Shown here: piece by piece, positions 58,754 through 64,000 of the stretch
How the letters are laid out: each line of letters begins with the position of its first letter
Position numbering within the stretch: the first letter of the stretch is position 1
Assembly (NCBI GenBank): GCA_947461225.1
Contig: CANHJV010000001.1
Coordinates: forward strand, 16,962 to 80,961
Source: Gemmatimonadota bacterium
Lineage (GTDB): Bacteria > Gemmatimonadota > Gemmatimonadetes > Gemmatimonadales > Gemmatimonadaceae
DNA: 64,000 bases
Direction: 5' to 3'
Translations under genes and position numbers: made by a program
The notes under the pieces: model-generated
Seen by the model: only the letters and a program-made list of their open reading frames with translations
What the model was told of the DNA's origin: nothing
The model's database searches: none

Positions 58754-59128
58754 ATGGAACGCAACACGAAACAGCGCGATGCGATCCGGCAGGTTTTCGA
58801 GGTCACGCCCCGTCCGTTGGGGCCCACCGAAGTGCTCGAAGCCGGTCGGGAGCAGATGGCGACGCTCGGCATCGCGACGGTCTATCGCACGATCAATGCG
58901 CTGGTGGAAACCGGCTGGTTGGTTCCGGTGGAACTCCCGGGCGAAGCGCCGCGCTACGAGCGGGCCGGCATCGAACATCATCATCACTTTCGCTGCCGTA
59001 GCTGCGCCCGCGTGTTCGAAATCCATGGATGCCCCGGCGATTTGCGCGAACTTACGCCCGAAGGCTTCCGGCTGGAGTCGCACGACGTCACGCTGTACGG
59101 ACAGTGCGCACGATGCGCCGCCGCGTGA
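58754..59128 (+). CDS. Fur-family transcriptional regulator (Zur-like)
   Basis: RNTKQR, GIATVYR, HHHHFRCRSC, YGQCARC. Confidence 0.93.
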   Translation: MERNTKQRDAIRQVFEVTPRPLGPTEVLEAGREQMATLGIATVYRTINALVETGWLVPVELPGEAPRYERAGIEHHHHFRCRSCARVFEIHGCPGDLRELTPEGFRLESHDVTLYGQCARCAAA

Positions 59129-59709
59129 CGCTCGCTGGCGTGATGCGTCGCGGCGCATTGCTGGCGGGTGCCGTGCTGCTGACCGCGTGCGATCTGTTCG
59201 GTGGCTTCAAGGGCATGGCGATCGATCCGCCGCGCGACATGCCGTCGTTCGTCTTCACGCGCGCCAACGGCTCGACGTTCAGCACGGCGCCGGAGCCGGG
59301 CCGTCCGACGGTGCTGTTCTTCGGCTATACGCACTGCCCCGATGTGTGCCCGACCACGCTGGCCGACTGGAAACGCGTACGCGCCGCGTTGGGCGACGAC
59401 GCGAAGTCGGTCCGCTTCGTGTTCGTCACGGTCGATCCCGATCGGGACACCCCGGCGGTCGCCGAGCGGTACGCGAAGATGTACGACCCGTCGTTTATCG
59501 GCGTGTCCGGCGATGCCATCACGACATCGCGCATGATGGACGCGTTTGGCGTGGCCGCGGCCCCCGAGCCCGGCACGAGCGCGACCGGGTATCTCGTCAG
59601 TCATTCGTCACAGGTCTTTCTGGTGGATTCGCACGGTAAGCTGGTGGCGCTGTACCCGTTTGGAACGGGATGGGACGCTTTGGCGGCCGATCTCGAGCGG
59701 TTGTTATGA
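59125..59709 (+). CDS. SCO1/SenC copper chaperone lipoprotein
   Basis: Lipobox LTAC; FFGYTHCPDVCP, TVDPDRD, VSHS. The GTG overlaps the Fur-family stop (alternative starts 59113 or 59143). Confidence 0.93.
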   Translation: MTLAGVMRRGALLAGAVLLTACDLFGGFKGMAIDPPRDMPSFVFTRANGSTFSTAPEPGRPTVLFFGYTHCPDVCPTTLADWKRVRAALGDDAKSVRFVFVTVDPDRDTPAVAERYAKMYDPSFIGVSGDAITTSRMMDAFGVAAAPEPGTSATGYLVSHSSQVFLVDSHGKLVALYPFGTGWDALAADLERLL

Positions 59710-60161
59710 GCTTGCGCGTCCCTTCGGCATCACGCCTCGTTTTCCTTGCCACCGCCAGCGTCGTTGCGATGGCGTGCGATACCCGTTCCGCCCCGTCAGT
59801 TCCGCGTATCGAGGTGCGTCACAGCTGGGCGCGCATCGCAGATTCCGGTGCAACGAGCGGCGCCTACCTGGAGATCGCCAACAACGACACCGTGGCGATC
59901 ACGCTGGTTGGCGTCACGACCAACGACGCCGGCGCGGCCGAAGTGCATGAGACCATGCAGCACGACGGCATGGCCCACATGATGCCGCGTACCGAGGTGC
60001 GCATTCCGGCCGGTGACGTGCTGACGATGGCGCCGGGTGGACTGCACGTGATGCTGGTCGACGTGCGCCGTGCGTTCGTCATCGGCGACAGTGTCCGTCT
60101 GCGGTTGCGATTCAGCGACAGCACGACCGTGGACGTCACGGCACCGGTGCAGACACCGTGA
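59706..60161 (+). CDS. PCu(A)C copper chaperone
   Basis: WAR, GAY, EVHETM....MAHM, PGGLHVML. Confidence 0.92.
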   Translation: MSLRVPSASRLVFLATASVVAMACDTRSAPSVPRIEVRHSWARIADSGATSGAYLEIANNDTVAITLVGVTTNDAGAAEVHETMQHDGMAHMMPRTEVRIPAGDVLTMAPGGLHVMLVDVRRAFVIGDSVRLRLRFSDSTTVDVTAPVQTP

Positions 60162-60508
60162 CCGCCCCGCGCCTCGCGATGCTCTTCGCCATTGTGGCGG
60201 TGAGCGCAGGACTCGCCTGGTTCAGCTGGCCGCGTCCGGATACCCTGATCCGCGTGACGCGCGGCGGCGTGGCGCTCGTGACCGATGCCTACGGCCGGAC
60301 GTCGCCGCTCGGCGATACCGTGTTCGTGGGTGGCGGCGGCGCCCGACGCACGATCCGCGTGGTCAACGAGGATACGGTCAAGCACCAGCTGGCGATGTTC
60401 AACATCCCGGCGGGCGAGCAGACCGAGTACACCGTGCCACCTGGCACCTTTGGTGGCGTCTGCTCGGCACATCCGACCAGCAAGCACCTCACGTTCGTGA
60501 TCCGGTGA
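60158..60508 (+). CDS. Small cupredoxin-like membrane-anchored protein
   Basis: N-terminal TM; NEDTVKH and C-terminal CSAHP; overlaps both neighbours. Confidence 0.65.
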   Translation: MTAPRLAMLFAIVAVSAGLAWFSWPRPDTLIRVTRGGVALVTDAYGRTSPLGDTVFVGGGGARRTIRVVNEDTVKHQLAMFNIPAGEQTEYTVPPGTFGGVCSAHPTSKHLTFVIR

Positions 60509-61734
60509 GCAGCCTCATGGTCGACCCCTGGGTGTCAGCGAACACCACCGAAACGCGCGGCATGGATGCCGCGCTCGACGAGGAGTTGCAGGCGCTCGAG
60601 AGCGCCGGCCTGCGTCGCACCCTACGGCAAGTGCATCAGCGACGCGCCGGCACCGTGTTGCTCAACGGCGAGCGCGTGGCCGACTTCGCGTCGAACGACT
60701 ATCTCGGACTCGCCGCCGATCCGCGGCTGTCGCGCGCGGCCAGCGCGGTGCTGCAGGCCGAAGGCGTCGGGGCCGGCGCCGCGCGGCTCATCTCGGGGAA
60801 TCATCCGATCCACGAGGTCCTCGAACGCGCCTTGGCGCACTTCAAGGGCTGCGAGCACGCGCTACTGTTTCCGTCGGGCTACATGGCCAACGTCGGTGCT
60901 ATTCCGGCCCTGGTCGGCCCCGGCGATGTGATTTATTCCGACGCGCTCAGTCACGCGTCGCTGATCGACGGCTGTCGGCTGTCAAAAGCGACGATCCGCG
61001 TGTTCCCGCACGCCGACATCGAGGCGCTGGCCGCCATGCTCGAGGCCGACCGCCATACGTTCCGTCGGGCGTTGATCGTGGTGGAAGGGATCTTCTCGAT
61101 GGACGGCGATCTCTTTCCGCTCGATCAGCTGGTGCCACTGGCGCGTCGGTACGACGCGTGGACGTACGTGGACGACGCACACGGTACGGGTGTGCTTGGC
61201 GCCTCGGGCGCCGGTTCCGTCGAGCACTTCGGCGTGACGGGACAGATCGACGTGATCGTAGGCACGCTGGGCAAGGCGATGGGCACATCGGGTGCGTATG
61301 TGGCCGGTTCGCAGGTGCTGGTGGATTATCTCACCAGCCGCGCGCGATCATTCATCTACACCACCGGTGCGCCCGCCGCCATCTCGGCAGCGACACTGGA
61401 GGCGCTGCGCATCGTGCAGGAGGAATCATGGCGTCGTAACGCCGTGCGCGAACGGGCCACGCGTCTGCGCGAGCGCCTGCGTGCCGCCGGCCGAGCGGCA
61501 CCCGGCATGAGCGACGGACACATCATTCCGGTGTTGATCGGCGATCCGATGCACACCATGCGAATCGTGGCTGATCTGCGTCGGCGCGGCTTTCTGGTAG
61601 GCGGCGTGCGGCCCCCGACCGTGCCGGACGGCACGTCGCGACTGCGAATCTCGGTGTCGGCCGTACACCCCATAGAAATGGTGGACGCCCTCGCCGCCAA
61701 CCTCATTGATGCCATGCGCGGGATGCCAGTATGA
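60505..61734 (+). CDS. bioF: 8-amino-7-oxononanoate synthase
   Basis: FASNDYLGL, SGYMAN, HASLIDG, FSMDGD, DDAHG, TLGKA, RPPTVP. Start 60505 or 60517. Confidence 0.93.
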   Translation: MSSLMVDPWVSANTTETRGMDAALDEELQALESAGLRRTLRQVHQRRAGTVLLNGERVADFASNDYLGLAADPRLSRAASAVLQAEGVGAGAARLISGNHPIHEVLERALAHFKGCEHALLFPSGYMANVGAIPALVGPGDVIYSDALSHASLIDGCRLSKATIRVFPHADIEALAAMLEADRHTFRRALIVVEGIFSMDGDLFPLDQLVPLARRYDAWTYVDDAHGTGVLGASGAGSVEHFGVTGQIDVIVGTLGKAMGTSGAYVAGSQVLVDYLTSRARSFIYTTGAPAAISAATLEALRIVQEESWRRNAVRERATRLRERLRAAGRAAPGMSDGHIIPVLIGDPMHTMRIVADLRRRGFLVGGVRPPTVPDGTSRLRISVSAVHPIEMVDALAANLIDAMRGMPV

Positions 61735-63149
61735 GTGCGCCATACGATGACGATGGCTTCGACCTCGAGGAGAACTCCGTCGACGATCTCGACGGGTTCG
61801 GCGATGGCATCGACCGCGACGACGACGATGTGCCGATGCAGAGCAATGCCGAGCTGGTGCTGCTGCACGACGCGGCGCACGTGTGGCACCCGTACACCCA
61901 GCATCATCAGGCGCCGCTCCCGGTGCCGATCGTGCGGGCCAAGGGCGCCTGGCTGTACGACGCGAATGAGCGTCCGATCCTCGATGCGATCTCGTCGTGG
62001 TGGGTGACCACGCACGGGCACTGTCAGGACGACATCATCGACGCGATCACCGAACAGGCCAAGCGCCTTGATCAGGTGATCTTCGCGGGCTTCACGCACG
62101 AGCCGGCGGCCGCGCTGGCGGCGGAACTCGTGCAACGGCTACCGCGCGGCCTCTCGAAGATCTTCTTCTCCGACGACGGGTCCACCGCGGTCGAAGTCGC
62201 GATCAAGCTGTCCCTGCAGTCCTTCGCCAATCGTGGCACGCCGCGTCGCCTGATCGCGGCGCTGAACAACGCGTACCACGGCGACACGTTCGGCGCGATG
62301 GCGGCGAGTGGACGCGGGGTGTTCACGCAGATGTACGAACCGCTGCTGTTTGAGGTGGCGCGCCTACCCGATCCCACCGAGGGGGATACGATCGCGGCGC
62401 TCGATGCCTTGATCGCCGAGCGTGGTTCCGAACTGGCGGCGGTGATCGTGGAGCCGCTCGTGCTCGGCGCCAGCGGCATGCGCGTGTGGGACGAGCAGGT
62501 GCTGCAGGACATTCGTGAGCGCACGGCAGCGGCCGGCGTGCACCTGATCGCCGATGAAGTGCTCACTGGCTTTGGACGCACCGGTCCCTTGTTCGCGTGT
62601 GAACGCGCCGACGTACGCCCCGACCTGCTGTGCATGTCGAAGGGGCTCACCGGCGGTGTGTTGCCGCTCGGCGCGACCGCGGCCACCGAAGACATCTTCG
62701 ACGCGTTCCGCAGTGCAGACCGCGCGAAGACGTTCTTTCATGGCCACTCATACACGGCGAATCCCATCGCCTGCGCCGCGGCGCTCGCGTCGCTCGAACT
62801 GTTCGACGACGACAGCGAAGACGATCGCGTGCGCATTGAAGTGGCCCACGCCCGTCATCTCGACGCGCTCCGTCGCGTGAAGGGGGTGCGCACGGTGCGG
62901 CAGATCGGCACGATCGCGGCGGTCGAGCTGGACGCGCCCGCCGGCTATCTCAGTGACATCGGCCGCGAGCTCGCGGCGTATGCGCTGCAGGAAGGCGTGT
63001 TGCTGCGACCGCTTGGCAATGTGGCGTACTGCCTGCCGCCGTACTGCATCACCGACGAGGAGCTCGATCTCGTGTATGGCGTGATGCACCGTTTCCTTGG
63101 CGGTGCGCGGGCGGAGATGCTGACCACAGGTGGCCCGGTCGATGACTAG
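61731..63149 (+). CDS. bioA: Adenosylmethionine-8-amino-7-oxononanoate transaminase
   Basis: VWHPYTQ, SSWW, YHGDT, DEVLTGFGRTG, SKGLTGG, FFHGHSYTANP. Confidence 0.95.
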   Translation: MSAPYDDDGFDLEENSVDDLDGFGDGIDRDDDDVPMQSNAELVLLHDAAHVWHPYTQHHQAPLPVPIVRAKGAWLYDANERPILDAISSWWVTTHGHCQDDIIDAITEQAKRLDQVIFAGFTHEPAAALAAELVQRLPRGLSKIFFSDDGSTAVEVAIKLSLQSFANRGTPRRLIAALNNAYHGDTFGAMAASGRGVFTQMYEPLLFEVARLPDPTEGDTIAALDALIAERGSELAAVIVEPLVLGASGMRVWDEQVLQDIRERTAAAGVHLIADEVLTGFGRTGPLFACERADVRPDLLCMSKGLTGGVLPLGATAATEDIFDAFRSADRAKTFFHGHSYTANPIACAAALASLELFDDDSEDDRVRIEVAHARHLDALRRVKGVRTVRQIGTIAAVELDAPAGYLSDIGRELAAYALQEGVLLRPLGNVAYCLPPYCITDEELDLVYGVMHRFLGGARAEMLTTGGPVDD

Positions 63150-63864
63150 TCTGATTCGTTACGGCATCACCGGCACCGACACCGGTATCGGCAAGACGGT
63201 GGTGTCGTGCGCACTGGCGGCACGGGCGCGCCAACTCGGACACCGCGTGGCCGGGATGAAGCCGATTGAGAGTGGGGTCGTGGAGCGCCCCGTGTCCGAC
63301 AGCGGGCTGGCCTCCGACGCCGACCGATTGCGTGCGGCCTGTGGGTCGACGCTGCCGCTCTCGGTGGTGCGCCCGTACGTGCTCGAGGAGCCGCTGGCGC
63401 CCATGATCGCGGCAGCCCGTGCCAACGTGATGATCGACAGCGCCGTCCTCGACTCAGCGCTCGTGCAGGTCGAGCAGGACGCCGATGTGGTGCTGGTGGA
63501 AGGCGCCGGCGGCTTGCTGGTGCCGATTGATCGCCACACGTCGTACCTCGACCTGTTCGCGCGGTGGCAGCTGCCGCTGGTACTGGTGGCCGGCAATAAG
63601 TTGGGTGTGTTGAATCATGTGTTGCTGACCGTCCGTGCGACCGAGGCGGCTGGCGTTCCGGTGCGGGCGATCGTCCTCACCTCACTCTCCGACCGTGACG
63701 CCACCATCGCCGAGGCCACTAACTTCGATGCGCTGGTTACGCTGCTGCCGACGTATTTGATCCTGCGGTTCCCGTGGGTTGACCGTCCCGATGATCTCGA
63801 TGCACTCGCGGCGGCCGCCGAAGTCGGCGGTCTCGATGTGCTGCTCTCCCCTTCTTCTCCATGA
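63142..63864 (+). CDS. bioD: Dethiobiotin synthase
   Basis: TGTDTGIGKT, KPIESG, VEGAGG, LGVLNH. Confidence 0.95.
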   Translation: MTSLIRYGITGTDTGIGKTVVSCALAARARQLGHRVAGMKPIESGVVERPVSDSGLASDADRLRAACGSTLPLSVVRPYVLEEPLAPMIAAARANVMIDSAVLDSALVQVEQDADVVLVEGAGGLLVPIDRHTSYLDLFARWQLPLVLVAGNKLGVLNHVLLTVRATEAAGVPVRAIVLTSLSDRDATIAEATNFDALVTLLPTYLILRFPWVDRPDDLDALAAAAEVGGLDVLLSPSSP

Positions 63865-64000
63865 TCTCCATGTCGTCCGGATTCTCTGACTGGCAACTCC
63901 TCGCCGACCGCGCCTTGGCGGGTGAGGTCATCACGCGTGAACAGGCGCATGCCGTGTTGTCCGCGCCTGATGATCAGCTGCTCGACCAGCTGGCGGCGGC
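63861..64000 (+). CDS. bioB: Probable biotin synthase, N-terminal fragment (runs off the window)
   Basis: ATG overlaps the bioD stop; DWQLLADRALAGEVITREQAHAVLSAPDDQLL resembles BioB N-termini; bio operon context. Confidence 0.65.
   Translation, partial: MISMSSGFSDWQLLADRALAGEVITREQAHAVLSAPDDQLLDQLAA

Noticed and set aside
1-64000. Many long alternative-frame and antisense ORFs (e.g. 30913-32910, 36889-38925, 34288-36039, 20600-22459)
   Set aside because: They shadow well-supported genes, are Arg/Ala/His-rich and lack motifs, as expected from high-GC codon bias.

Overview
High-GC bacterial chromosomal window. Gene content and protein style suggest Gemmatimonadota, probably Gemmatimonas-like (inference). 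It holds about 50 coding regions, mostly housekeeping genes and secreted peptidases: a partial DExH helicase, pfkA, a RhlE-like helicase, two tandem Hanks-type kinases, lon, PBP1A, Gln-dependent nadE, a fused 2-oxoacid dehydrogenase E1, M1/S9/M14/M24/S51/M48 peptidases, zinc-free L31, a Cu/Zn homeostasis cluster and bioF-bioA-bioD-bioB. I saw no rRNA, tRNA, CRISPR array, transposase or integrase. Highlights: (1) a clear cobalamin riboswitch with a terminator-like hairpin lies directly upstream of a stand-alone ATP-cone ribonucleotide reductase that looks class II (B12-dependent), the reverse of the usual regulatory logic; (2) three copies of a ~110-bp covarying palindrome, two of them bracketing the M24 peptidase gene in inverted orientation, plus two other dispersed repeat families; (3) a Fur/Zur-SCO-PCuAC-cupredoxin run joined by start/stop overlaps to the biotin genes, divergent from a ZIP-like/His-rich/DUF318 fused permease, a COG0523 GTPase and CopCD; (4) a GNAT + fold-type I PLP enzyme fusion; (5) a multiply broken, mitochondrial-type ferrochelatase pseudogene; (6) two probable pseudo-enzyme domains. 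All calls come from reading motifs by eye; no database searches were run.
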